This document shows positions 34,294 to 42,934 of a stretch of DNA of 64,000 nucleotides, in pieces. Numbering within the stretch: position 1 is the stretch's first letter; every line of letters starts with the position of its first letter. The notes beneath the pieces were generated by a model. That model had not been told where the DNA came from and did not search any database. It saw nothing but the letters and a program-made list of their open reading frames with translations. The DNA comes from Alphaproteobacteria bacterium. Lineage in GTDB: Bacteria; Pseudomonadota; Alphaproteobacteria; Reyranellales; Reyranellaceae. The DNA is taken from assembly GCA_019635875.1 (NCBI GenBank), contig JAHBYP010000008.1, positions 108,455 to 172,454 on the forward strand. Direction: 5' to 3'. Position numbers and translations under genes: made by a program.

Positions 34294-35637
34294 TCACGAG
34301 ACGTCTCCTCGAAGCCTGGACAGCACCTTAGCACGGCCGATCAGGGGAAGCATCCCCGCCATTTCCGGGCCCTGCTCGCGGCCCGTCAGCGCCAGCCGCA
34401 GCGGGTGGAACAGTGCCCGGCCCTTCTTGCCGGCGGCCGCGCCGACGGCGGCACTCCAGGCTTTCCAGGTGCCGCCGTTCCACGGCTCGGGCGGCAGCGA
34501 CCGGGCCGCGGCGGCCAGCAGCGGCGCGTCCTCGAGCACGGGCGTGATGGGCCCGCGCACGACGTCCGCCCAGATGCGCGCGTCGAAGACGGTGGCGATG
34601 TTGCCGCGCACCGCCAGCCAGAAGGCCTCGCCGAAATCGGCGTCCAGCGCCTGCAGCCGCGGCCGCACCGCGTCGTAGGGCAGGCCGTGCACGGTGCGCG
34701 CCGAGAGCGTGCGCAGCTCGTCGAGGGAGAAGCGCGCGGCGGCGCGGCCGACATGGCCGAGATCGACGGTCTCGATCAGCGGCGTCAGCGCGCTCACCGG
34801 CTCGATGGCGTGGCTGGTGCCCAGCCGCGCCAGCAGCGCGGCGATCGCCAGCGCCTCGATGCCCTGCTCGCGCAACTCCTGCACCGCAAGCGAGCCAGCG
34901 CGCTTGGAGAGGCCGCCGCCTTGCGCATCGGTCAGCAGCGGGAAGTGGCCGAAGGCGGGCGGCGTGGCGCCAAGCGCGGTGAAGAGCTGGATCTGCGTGC
35001 CGGTGTTGGTGACGTGATCCTCGCCGCGGATCACGTGGCTGACGGCGAAGTCGATGTCGTCGACCACCGAGGGCAGCGTGTAGAGATAGGTCCCGTCGGC
35101 GCGGATCAGCACCGGATCGCTCTGGCTCGATTCGTCGATGTGCTGCTCGCCGCGCACCATGTCGGTCCAGCGCACGTCGCCGGGCTCGAGCCTGAAGCGC
35201 CAATGCGGCGCGCGGCCCTCGGCCTGCAGGCGGGCGCGATCGGCATCGGTGAGCCGCAACGCGGCGCGGTCGTAGACCGGCGGCCTGCCCTGCGCCATCT
35301 GGCGCTTGCGCTTGAACTCCAGCTCCTGCGGGGTCTCGTAGCAGGCGTAAAGCCGGCCGGCGGCGATCAGCAGGTCGCGGGCGCGGTCGTAGCGGGCGAA
35401 GCGGGCCGACTGGTGTTCCAGCCGGTCCCAGCCCAGCCCCAGCCAGACGAGGTCATCGGCGATACCCTCGGCGAACTCCCGGGTCGAGCGCTCGCGGTCG
35501 GTGTCGTCCAGGCGCAGGATGAAGCACCCGTCATGCCTGCGCGCGAACAGCCAGTTGAGCAGCGCGGCGCGCACGTTGCCGACATGCAGTCGGCCCGTGG
35601 GGCTGGGCGCGAAACGGACGATCGGGGCGCTGGCCAT
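34294..35637 (-). CDS. gltX: Glutamate--tRNA ligase (short alphaproteobacterial type)
   Basis: The protein shows RFAPSPTGRLHVGNVRAAL and ILRLDDTDRERS, with LSKR in place of KMSKS. The start is re-set to the ATG at 35637. Confidence 0.92.
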   Translation of the reverse strand: MASAPIVRFAPSPTGRLHVGNVRAALLNWLFARRHDGCFILRLDDTDRERSTREFAEGIADDLVWLGLGWDRLEHQSARFARYDRARDLLIAAGRLYACYETPQELEFKRKRQMAQGRPPVYDRAALRLTDADRARLQAEGRAPHWRFRLEPGDVRWTDMVRGEQHIDESSQSDPVLIRADGTYLYTLPSVVDDIDFAVSHVIRGEDHVTNTGTQIQLFTALGATPPAFGHFPLLTDAQGGGLSKRAGSLAVQELREQGIEALAIAALLARLGTSHAIEPVSALTPLIETVDLGHVGRAAARFSLDELRTLSARTVHGLPYDAVRPRLQALDADFGEAFWLAVRGNIATVFDARIWADVVRGPITPVLEDAPLLAAAARSLPPEPWNGGTWKAWSAAVGAAAGKKGRALFHPLRLALTGREQGPEMAGMLPLIGRAKVLSRLRGDVS

Positions 35638-35799
35638 GGCGGGCGTGGTTGTGAGCGCTGGCTTGCGAGCGGTCAAGCGCCGCTGACGAGACGGCACGCC
35701 GGCAGTCGGGCCGCGCCGCGCCAGCGATGCCCATGATGCGTCGCCGGCGCGACGCGGCCCGAACGGCGCGGAGAACGTCCCGGAGACGGCGAGACTGAG

Positions 35800-36411
35800 T
35801 CAGCTCTTGGGCTGCGGTCCCCAGAGCTGCTCGAGCCTTCGGTCGCGGCCGCAGTTCCAGCGGTAATATGAGTACTTCAGGCTGTTCTTCTTGTAGTAGT
35901 CCTGGTGGTAGTCCTCCGCGTCGTAGAACGGCGCCGCCGGCAGGATCTCGGTGACCACCTTGCCGGGCAGCGTGCCGGATTTCTCCAGCGCCGCCTTCGA
36001 TGCCTCGGCTGCCGTGCGCTGCGCCTCGTCAACCGGGAAGATCGCCGAGCGGTACATCGGGCCCTTGTCGCAGAACTGGCCGCGGGCATCGAGCGGATCG
36101 ATGTTGCGCCAGAACACCTGCAGCAAGGTTTCGTACGTCACCTTGGCCGGATCGTAGTCGATGCGCACCGCTTCGTAGTGGCCGGTGCGGCCCGAGGTGA
36201 CCTCCTCGTAGCGCGGATTGGCCTTGGTGCCGCCGGTGTAGCCCGAAGTGGTCGCCACCACGCCCTCGAGCTTGTCGTAGGGCGGCTCCATGCACCAGAA
36301 GCAGCCGCCAGCGAAGATCGCCACGGCGAGGCCGGGCTTCGGGGTCGGCGCCTGCGCCAGCGCCGGCAGGGCGAGCAGCGACATTGTCAGCGCGATCAAC
36401 CAGCGGCGCAT
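35800..36411 (-). CDS. msrA: Peptide-methionine (S)-S-oxide reductase MsrA with Sec-type signal peptide
   Basis: The signal peptide is MRRWLIALTMSLLALPALAQA, followed by the active site AIFAGGCFWCMEP. The track ORF (330 aa) is over-extended upstream. Confidence 0.92.
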   Translation of the reverse strand: MRRWLIALTMSLLALPALAQAPTPKPGLAVAIFAGGCFWCMEPPYDKLEGVVATTSGYTGGTKANPRYEEVTSGRTGHYEAVRIDYDPAKVTYETLLQVFWRNIDPLDARGQFCDKGPMYRSAIFPVDEAQRTAAEASKAALEKSGTLPGKVVTEILPAAPFYDAEDYHQDYYKKNSLKYSYYRWNCGRDRRLEQLWGPQPKS

Positions 36412-36422
36412 GGGCGGGACCC

Positions 36423-36917
36423 TCAGGCGGCGGACGGGCGGAACTGCAGCGCCACGCCGTTGATGCAGTAGCGCAGGCCGGTGGGCTTGGGGCCGTCGTC
36501 GAAGACATGGCCCTGATGGCCGCCGCAGCGCGCGCAATGCACCTCGGTCTGGCGCCCGAATATCGACCATTCGGGCTTGGTGCCGATGGCGGAGGGCTCG
36601 ATCGGCTGCCAGAAGCTTGGCCAGCCGGTCCGGCTGTCGTACTTGTGCGCCGAGGAGAACAGGGGCTTCTCGCACCCCGCGCAGTGATAGACGCCGGCGC
36701 GCTTCTCGCGATCGAGCGGCGAGGTGTAGGCGCGCTCGGTACCGGCCTTGCGCAGCACCCGGTACTGCTCCGGCGTCAGCCGCTTGCGCCATTCCTCGTC
36801 CGAGTGGACGACCTCGAACGGTCCCGGCTCCCTGGCCGAACCCGTGCGCCCGGCCACGCCGCCGATCGCCAGCGCGCCCACGCCCAGAACCCAGTGCCGT
36901 CTGCTCAGTTCCGCCAT
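36423..36917 (-). CDS. msrB: Peptide-methionine (R)-S-oxide reductase MsrB with Tat-like signal peptide
   Basis: The N-terminus is MAELSRRHWVLGVGALAIGGVAGRTGSA. Zinc motifs are CAGCEKPL and CARCGGHQGHVF. The catalytic region is GLRYCINGVAL. Confidence 0.92.
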   Translation of the reverse strand: MAELSRRHWVLGVGALAIGGVAGRTGSAREPGPFEVVHSDEEWRKRLTPEQYRVLRKAGTERAYTSPLDREKRAGVYHCAGCEKPLFSSAHKYDSRTGWPSFWQPIEPSAIGTKPEWSIFGRQTEVHCARCGGHQGHVFDDGPKPTGLRYCINGVALQFRPSAA

Positions 36918-36968
36918 GCCATCAGAATAGGCAAGTCGGCCGATCACCGCCGTTCACGATGTCGTCGG

Positions 36969-37168
36969 GGTGCCGTTTGGACGTTCAGTGCCGTTCTGGA
37001 CGTTCGTTTGCCTCTTCCCCCTCCCTCTTCTCTGAAAGAAGGGGTGTCGTTTGGACGTCCAGTGCCGTTTTGGACGTTTGTTTGCCTCTTCCTCCCCCTT
37101 TCTCTGAAAGAGGAGAAGGGGAGAGGGCAGATAACGGCACAAACGTCCAAAACGGCACTGACGGCACT
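36969..37168. repeat. Iteron-like array: two direct units of about 75 bp plus an inverted partial unit
   Basis: A 16-17 bp motif, GTGCCGTT(T/C)TGGACGTT, appears four times direct (36969, 36988, about 37045, 37063) and once inverted (caaacgtccaaaacggcac, about 37139-37157). Each unit also carries a ctcttcc..tctctgaaagag..gaagggg hairpin. It lies between the msrB start and the nadE stop. Confidence 0.75.
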
Positions 37169-37182
37169 GATCCGGTGCCGGG

Positions 37183-38841
37183 TCAGCCCCGGAAGGCGTT
37201 GGTAATCGGATACCGCCGGTCCCTGGAGATCGAGCGGGTGGTGATCTTCACCCCCGGCGGCGCCTGGCGACGCTTGTACTCGGCGTTCTCGAGCATGCGC
37301 CAGACGCGGGCCACGGTAGCCGCGTCATGGCCCTCGGCGACCAGCTCCTCGGTGGCGAGGTCGCGCTCGATCAGGCCCTCGAGGATGCGGTCGAGCTGGT
37401 CGTAGGGCGGCAGCGTGTCCTGGTCCTTCTGGTCGGGCTTGAGCTCGGCCGAGGGCGGCTTGGTGATGATGCGCTCGGGGATCACGCGTCCCTCGGGCCC
37501 CAGCGCGCCCTCGGGGCGGTGCTGGTTGCGCCAGTGGCAGAGCTGGAAGACGGTCGTCTTGTAGACGTCCTTCAACGCGTTGTAGCCGCCGCACATGTCG
37601 CCGTAGAGCGTCGAGTAGCCGACCGCCATCTCCGACTTGTTGCCGGTGGTCACCACCATGCCGCCGAACTTGTTGGAAATCGCCATCAGGGTGAGCCCGC
37701 GGGCGCGCGCCTGGATGTTCTCCTCGGTGACGTCGGCGTTCTTCCCGGCGAAGATCGGCGCCAGCATCGCGCCGAAGGCCTTCATCGCCGGCTCGATCGA
37801 GACGATGTCGTAGCGGATGCCCAGCATGTCGGCGCATTGCTGCGCGTCCTCCAGGCTGTCCTTGCTGGTGTAGGGCGAGGGCATCATCACCGTACGCACG
37901 CGGTCGGCCCCCAGCGCGTCGGCGGCGACGGCGGCGGTGATCGCCGAGTCGATGCCGCCGGACAGGCCGATTACCACGCCGGGGAACTTGTTCTTGTTCA
38001 CGTAGTCGCGCAGGCCCAGCACCATGGCCTCGTAGATCGATTCCAGCCGCGAGGGCGTGGGCGCGATCGGGCCGGGCTGGCAGTCCCAGCCGCCATCGGC
38101 GGTGCGCAGCCATTTCGTGGTCACGACGGCTTCGCGGAAGCTTGGCAGCACGGTGCGCATCTTGCGATCGGCGCCGATGACGAAGGAGCCGCCGTCGAAG
38201 ATCAGCTCGTCCTGGCCGCCGACCTGGTTGACGTAGCAGAACGGCAGGCCGCTTTCGACGACGCGCGCGACGCCCAGCTGCAGGCGCATCTCCGGCTTGT
38301 TGACGTCGAAGGGCGAGCCGTTGGGCACCAGGATGATCTCGCCGCCGGTCTCGGTGATGCATTCGACGACGTCGGCGGTCCACACGTCCTCGCAGATCGG
38401 CACGCCGATGCGTACGCCCCTGAAGACGATCGGGCCGGGCATCGGGCCGGGTGCGAAGACGCGCTTCTCGTCGAACACGCCGTAGTTCGGCAGGTCGACC
38501 TTGAAGCGCTTGCCGATGATCTCGCCGCGGTCGAGCGCGATGATGGCATTGTAGAGCTTGTCGTCCTCGCGCCACGGCGTGGTCACCAGCAGGGCCGGGC
38601 CGCCGTCGGCGGTGTCGGCGCGCAATTCCTCGACGGCCTGGTGCAGGCGGCGCTGGAAGGCCGGCTTCAGCACCAGGTCCTCCGGCGGATAGCCCGACAG
38701 CACCAGCTCGGCGAAGATCACGATGTCGGCGCCCTGCCTGGCCGCCTCGGCGCGCGCGGCGCGTACCTTGGCGGTGTTGCCGGCGACGTCGCCGACGATC
38801 GGATTGAGCTGGGCGATGGCGATGGAAAGCTGATCGGTCAT
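37183..38841 (-). CDS. nadE: Glutamine-dependent NAD+ synthetase
   Basis: The N-terminal nitrilase-like (CN hydrolase) domain starts LSIAIAQLNPIVGD. The C-terminal NAD synthetase domain has the SGGIDS P-loop. The protein is 552 aa long. Confidence 0.93.
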   Translation of the reverse strand: MTDQLSIAIAQLNPIVGDVAGNTAKVRAARAEAARQGADIVIFAELVLSGYPPEDLVLKPAFQRRLHQAVEELRADTADGGPALLVTTPWREDDKLYNAIIALDRGEIIGKRFKVDLPNYGVFDEKRVFAPGPMPGPIVFRGVRIGVPICEDVWTADVVECITETGGEIILVPNGSPFDVNKPEMRLQLGVARVVESGLPFCYVNQVGGQDELIFDGGSFVIGADRKMRTVLPSFREAVVTTKWLRTADGGWDCQPGPIAPTPSRLESIYEAMVLGLRDYVNKNKFPGVVIGLSGGIDSAITAAVAADALGADRVRTVMMPSPYTSKDSLEDAQQCADMLGIRYDIVSIEPAMKAFGAMLAPIFAGKNADVTEENIQARARGLTLMAISNKFGGMVVTTGNKSEMAVGYSTLYGDMCGGYNALKDVYKTTVFQLCHWRNQHRPEGALGPEGRVIPERIITKPPSAELKPDQKDQDTLPPYDQLDRILEGLIERDLATEELVAEGHDAATVARVWRMLENAEYKRRQAPPGVKITTRSISRDRRYPITNAFRG

Positions 38842-39851
38842 GTCACCACTCTAGAGGCGCCCCGCCGCACGGCAAGCCGCGGCGGGCACGTCGCGATCGC
38901 TTCGGCGATCGTCTCGGCCTCGACCTCGACGACCGTGTCGCCGCCGCCCAGGCCGGTGGCGCGCCGGCCGGCCTCGGTGACGAGATCGAGCGCGATCAGC
39001 ATCTCCTCGTCCTTGCGGAAGTTCTGCCGGTAGCCGATCAGGCGCGCGCGCTCGAGCATGTCGCCATTGCCGTAGGGCGACCACAGATCGCGGATGTTGT
39101 CGGAGCCGGAGAACACCTCGACGCCGGCCGCGCGCAGCGCCTTCACCGGCGGCATCGGGGCGGCGCCCGGCGCATGGGTCATGATCGCCACGCCGGCTCT
39201 CGCGAGATCGTCGGCCACGCGCTTCAGCGCATCGGGCCTGGCGTCACCCAGCGCGAAGGCGTGGCTGATCGCGACCCTGCCGCCCAGCCCGTGCGCCGCC
39301 GTGCGCGCGGCGATGTCCTCGATCTGCGCCAGGCCGCCGTCGCCACCGTCGTGCAGGTGGATGTCGACGCCCTTGCCGTGGCGCGAGGCGACGGCGAAGA
39401 CGACGTCGAGATGACCCTTCGGATCGCGGTCGATCCCGACAGGATCAAGGCCGCCCACCAGATCGGCACCTTCCTTCAACGCGGCGTCAAGCAGATCGGC
39501 AACGCCGGGATCGCGCAGGATGCCGGATTGCGGGAAGGCGACGATCTGCATGTCGACACGATCGCGGTTCTGCTCGCGCAATTCGAGGATCGCGTGCAGG
39601 TCGTCGAGCTTGCGCGCCGTGTCGATGTCGACATGGGTGCGCAGCGCGGTGGTACCGCAGGCGATCATCTGCTCCAGCAGCGCGCGGCCGCGCTCGATGG
39701 TCGGCACCGGCAATGAACCACGCACCGCCCGCTCGGCCTCGATGCGTTCGGCCACGGTGGCGCCGGCGGCATGCGGCCGCCAGGGCATGCCCCACAGCGT
39801 CTTGTCGAGATGGCAGTGGCCGTCGACGAAACCCGGCAGCGCGAGCGTCAT
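38838..39851 (-). CDS. Metal-dependent amidohydrolase, cytosine-deaminase (CodA)-like
   Basis: The protein shows GFVDGHCHLDKT (HxH), THVD, DIHLHD, ISHAF and GSDNIRDLWSPYGNGDML. Its stop overlaps the nadE start (ATGA). The start is re-set to 39851. The upstream part of the track ORF is REP-derived. Confidence 0.8.
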   Translation of the reverse strand: MTLALPGFVDGHCHLDKTLWGMPWRPHAAGATVAERIEAERAVRGSLPVPTIERGRALLEQMIACGTTALRTHVDIDTARKLDDLHAILELREQNRDRVDMQIVAFPQSGILRDPGVADLLDAALKEGADLVGGLDPVGIDRDPKGHLDVVFAVASRHGKGVDIHLHDGGDGGLAQIEDIAARTAAHGLGGRVAISHAFALGDARPDALKRVADDLARAGVAIMTHAPGAAPMPPVKALRAAGVEVFSGSDNIRDLWSPYGNGDMLERARLIGYRQNFRKDEEMLIALDLVTEAGRRATGLGGGDTVVEVEAETIAEAIATCPPRLAVRRGASRVVT

Positions 39852-39861
39852 GACGTCTTTG

Positions 39862-40013
39862 CTTCTCCCCGCGGAGGCGGGGAGAAGGTGCCGAGCGTCA
39901 GCGAGGCGGATGAGGGGCTTCCTCGCGCAACGACGAACGCTGTCATTGTGGAGACTCCGCGAAGCCCTCATCCGCCCTTCGGGCACCTTCTCCCCGCATT
40001 CGCGGGGAGAAGG
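39862..40013. repeat. Nested palindromic intergenic element (family A)
   Basis: cttctccccgcggaggcggggagaaggtgccgagcg..gaggcggatgaggggcttc pairs with gaagccctcatccgcccttcgggcaccttctccccgcattcgcggggagaagg. Confidence 0.75.
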
Positions 40014-40051
40014 GAAGTGGGCCAAGCCGATTTGCGATAACCCTCGTCATA

Positions 40052-41200
40052 TCAGGGCTGCTTCAGCTCTCCGTTGCCGGCGCGGCGGCGATGGAGGAAC
40101 TCGCGGCCGACCTTCACGCGCGGCGTGCCGTCGTACTCGACGATGTCGGCGGTGGCGTAGGTCTCGGTCCAGTTGGCCGGCAGGAACGAGCCCGAGCCGA
40201 CCACGTCGATCGGCGCGCCGGCCTCGGCCATGACGCGGCACTTGGCCGGGCCGAAGCCCGAGGAGGCGACGATCTTCACCCTGGGGAAGCCGGCGGCATC
40301 GAGGTTCTCGCGCAGATGGAAGATCGCCGCCGCCGACACGCCGGTGCCGATCAGGTGGCGCAGCTCCTCCTCGGAGCGATAGCCGCGCGTCGCCTCGCGC
40401 GCGTGCTTCTCCATCACCGCGTAGGAGCGCGCCGGATCGAGGCCCTCGATGTAGCGGCCGCCGGTCGTATCGAGGCGCAGCGAGAGGTTGCCGGCGGCGG
40501 CCAGCTCGGGAAAGCCGCGGCAGACCGCGAGCGAATCGGTGACCTCGTGCGCGAAGTAGTCGACCAGCACGGTCATCGGCTCGCCCGGGAAGGTCGCGGC
40601 GAACATCTGCGCGGCGCGCAGGGTCGAGCCGGCATAGCCGATCAGGGCGTGCGGCATGGTGCCCAGCCCCTGCTCGCGGCCGAAGAAATGCGCCGTGGCG
40701 TGCGTGGCGTTGCCGATGAAGCCGACGGCGCCGTCCTTGCGCTGGGCGCGCCTGGAGCCGACCGAGGCGGCGTAGGCCATCATCTCGGCCATCTCGGTGC
40801 CGGCGCAGTGGCGCGCGTCCATGGCGAGGAAGGCCGTCTTGGGCATCTCCGCGCACATGGTGTAGGCGTTGTAGGCGGCGACGCAGGCGGGACCGAGCTT
40901 CTGCAGGAAGATCGTCTCGAGGTCGACGAGATGGAAGAACGAGCCGGTGATGTACAGCATCGGCTCGCCGGCGCCGACCCACTTGCCCTCGGGGTAGCGC
41001 AAATCGATCTCGATCTGCGTGCCGCGCGTGGCCATCAGCTCGCGCAGCCAGTCGAGCGCCAGCTTGGGCGCGCAGATCACCGGGCGGCGCATGAAAATCG
41101 CGTAGGTCACCCGGCTGTCGCCGAACCTGCCGATCACCGCCTTGGTGCGGTTGAAGTAATGGTCGGTGAACCGGGCGATATCGTTGTCGACCGGATGCAT
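40052..41200 (-). CDS. Nicotinate phosphoribosyltransferase family protein (short archaeal-like type)
   Basis: The N-terminus is FTDHYFNRTKAVI. The type II PRTase barrel region shows GNATHATAHFFG and SLRLDTTGG. It is adjacent to nadE. The assignment is from family resemblance only. Confidence 0.7.
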   Translation of the reverse strand: MHPVDNDIARFTDHYFNRTKAVIGRFGDSRVTYAIFMRRPVICAPKLALDWLRELMATRGTQIEIDLRYPEGKWVGAGEPMLYITGSFFHLVDLETIFLQKLGPACVAAYNAYTMCAEMPKTAFLAMDARHCAGTEMAEMMAYAASVGSRRAQRKDGAVGFIGNATHATAHFFGREQGLGTMPHALIGYAGSTLRAAQMFAATFPGEPMTVLVDYFAHEVTDSLAVCRGFPELAAAGNLSLRLDTTGGRYIEGLDPARSYAVMEKHAREATRGYRSEEELRHLIGTGVSAAAIFHLRENLDAAGFPRVKIVASSGFGPAKCRVMAEAGAPIDVVGSGSFLPANWTETYATADIVEYDGTPRVKVGREFLHRRRAGNGELKQP

Positions 41201-41255
41201 GGGGTCCCCCTCGCCTTTTTCCGCCGCCTCGCGGCGGCGGAAAGCGGACGATCGT

Positions 41256-42698
41256 TTACTTGCCGGAAGCGGCGGGCCGCTCGCGCGTCAGCCTCTCGGA
41301 CTTGAGCTGCTCGGCGAGCAGGAAGGCGAGCTCGAGCGCCTGGCTGGCGTTGAGCCTGGGATCGCACTGCGTCTCGTAGCGCGCGGTCAGGCCCTCGACG
41401 GTGATGTCGACGGCGCCGCCGACGCATTCCGTGACCTCCTGGCCGGTCATCTCGAAATGCACGCCGCCGGGATGCGTGCCCTCGGCGCGGTGGATGGCGA
41501 AGAACTCCCGCACTTCCTGCAGCACGGCGCTGACATGCCGGGTCTTCAGCCCGTTGGCCGCCTTCACCGTGTTGCCGTGCATGGGATCGCACGACCAGAC
41601 GATCGAGCGGCCCTCGCGCTTGGCGGCGCGGATCAGCGCCGGCAGGTGGTCGCCCACTTTGCCGGCGCCCATGCGGGCGATGACGGTGATGCGGCCCGCG
41701 GTGTTGCGCGGGTTCAGCGAATCGAGCAGGCGCAGGAAGTCGTCGGGCCTGGTCGTCGGGCCGGCCTTGAAGCCCAGAGGGTTCTTCACGCCGCGCAGGA
41801 ACTCGACATGCGCGCCGTCGGGCTGACGCGTGCGATCGCCGATCCACAGCATGTGGGCCGAGCAGTCATACCAGTCGCCCGAGGTCGAATCGACGCGGGT
41901 CAGCGCCTGCTCGTACTGCAGCAGCAGCGCCTCGTGGCTGGTGAAGAAATCGGTCTCGGCGATCTGCGGCGTGGTCGACGAGGTCAGACCGCACGCCGCC
42001 ATGAAGGTCAGCGTCTCGTCCAGCCGCTTGGCGAGATCCTCGTACTGCGCCGAGGCCGGCGAGTTCGACACGAAGTCGAGATTCCAGCGATGGACCTCGT
42101 GCAGGTCGGCATAACCGCCCTGCGCGAAGGCGCGCAATAGGTTCAAGGTGGCGGCCGACTGGTTGTAGGCCTGCACCATGCGCTCGGGATCGGGCCGGCG
42201 CGCCTGGGGCGTGAACTCGAAGCCGTTGACGTTGTCGCCGCGATAGCTCGGCAGCGTCACGCCGTCGATCTCCTCGACGTCCGAGGAGCGCGGCTTGGCG
42301 AACTGGCCGGCCATGCGGCCGACCTTCACCACGGGCACGCCGGCGCCGTAGGTCAGCACCACCGCCATCTGCAGGAGCACGCGGAACGTGTCGCGAATAG
42401 TGTTGGCGGTGAAGTCCTGGAAGCTTTCGGCACAATCGCCGCCCTGCAGCAGGAAGGCCTTGCCCTCCGCCACGTTGGCCAGCGCCGCGGTCAGCTTGCG
42501 CGCCTCGCCGGCGAAGACCAGCGGCGGGTAGCGGCGCAGGCGCGCCTCGGCGCTCTCCAGAGAGACCTTGTCCTCGTAGACCGGCATCTGCTGGGCGGGA
42601 AAGGAGCGCCACGATTCGGGGGACCAGGGAAACGAAGCCGCGCCCGCCGCCCCGAGGGTGGTCGGTTTGCGCTGCGTCGCAGCCTGGATCGCGTTCAT
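41256..42698 (-). CDS. Class II 3-deoxy-7-phosphoheptulonate (DAHP) synthase
   Basis: The protein shows [19 protein letters not shown] ... [11 protein letters not shown] ... [12 protein letters not shown] ... DPMHGN. The start is set at MNAIQ (42698) because GGAGGAAG lies immediately upstream. Confidence 0.9.
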   Translation of the reverse strand: MNAIQAATQRKPTTLGAAGAASFPWSPESWRSFPAQQMPVYEDKVSLESAEARLRRYPPLVFAGEARKLTAALANVAEGKAFLLQGGDCAESFQDFTANTIRDTFRVLLQMAVVLTYGAGVPVVKVGRMAGQFAKPRSSDVEEIDGVTLPSYRGDNVNGFEFTPQARRPDPERMVQAYNQSAATLNLLRAFAQGGYADLHEVHRWNLDFVSNSPASAQYEDLAKRLDETLTFMAACGLTSSTTPQIAETDFFTSHEALLLQYEQALTRVDSTSGDWYDCSAHMLWIGDRTRQPDGAHVEFLRGVKNPLGFKAGPTTRPDDFLRLLDSLNPRNTAGRITVIARMGAGKVGDHLPALIRAAKREGRSIVWSCDPMHGNTVKAANGLKTRHVSAVLQEVREFFAIHRAEGTHPGGVHFEMTGQEVTECVGGAVDITVEGLTARYETQCDPRLNASQALELAFLLAEQLKSERLTRERPAASGK

Positions 42699-42791
42699 GA
42701 CTTCCTCCATGCATCCGCCGGTCGCGGCGGGCGCAAGGTTCTACGATTTTTCCACAGACGCCGCCAGCGTTGGGGGAGCGCGGCCATTTTT

Positions 42792-42912
42792 CCTTCCCCC
42801 AAGAGGGGGAAGGTGGCGCGAAGCGACGGATGGGGGATGTCTCAACGACACCGCTGTCCGTCTTCGACATCCCCCATCCGCCCTGCGGGCACCTTCCCCT
42901 CCGGGGGAAGGT
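42792..42912. repeat. Nested palindromic intergenic element (family A variant)
   Basis: ccttcccccaagagggggaagg..gatgggggatgt pairs with acatcccccatccgcc..caccttcccctccgggggaaggt. It lies between the DAHP synthase start and the gor stop. Confidence 0.75.
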
Positions 42913-42934
42913 ATCGGTATTTCAGTGGCTTAAC

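Noticed and set aside
36969-37168. A CRISPR array.
   Set aside because: The repeats are only 16-17 bp with non-uniform short spacing. They include an inverted copy that forms a long hairpin. No cas genes are present. The structure fits REP or iteron-like repeats, not CRISPR.
41216-41243. Hairpin tttccgccgcc-tcgc-ggcggcggaaa as a terminator of the DAHP synthase gene.
   Set aside because: On the transcribed (minus) strand the stem is followed by an A-run, not a U-run. It may be a structural element, but it is not a canonical intrinsic terminator.
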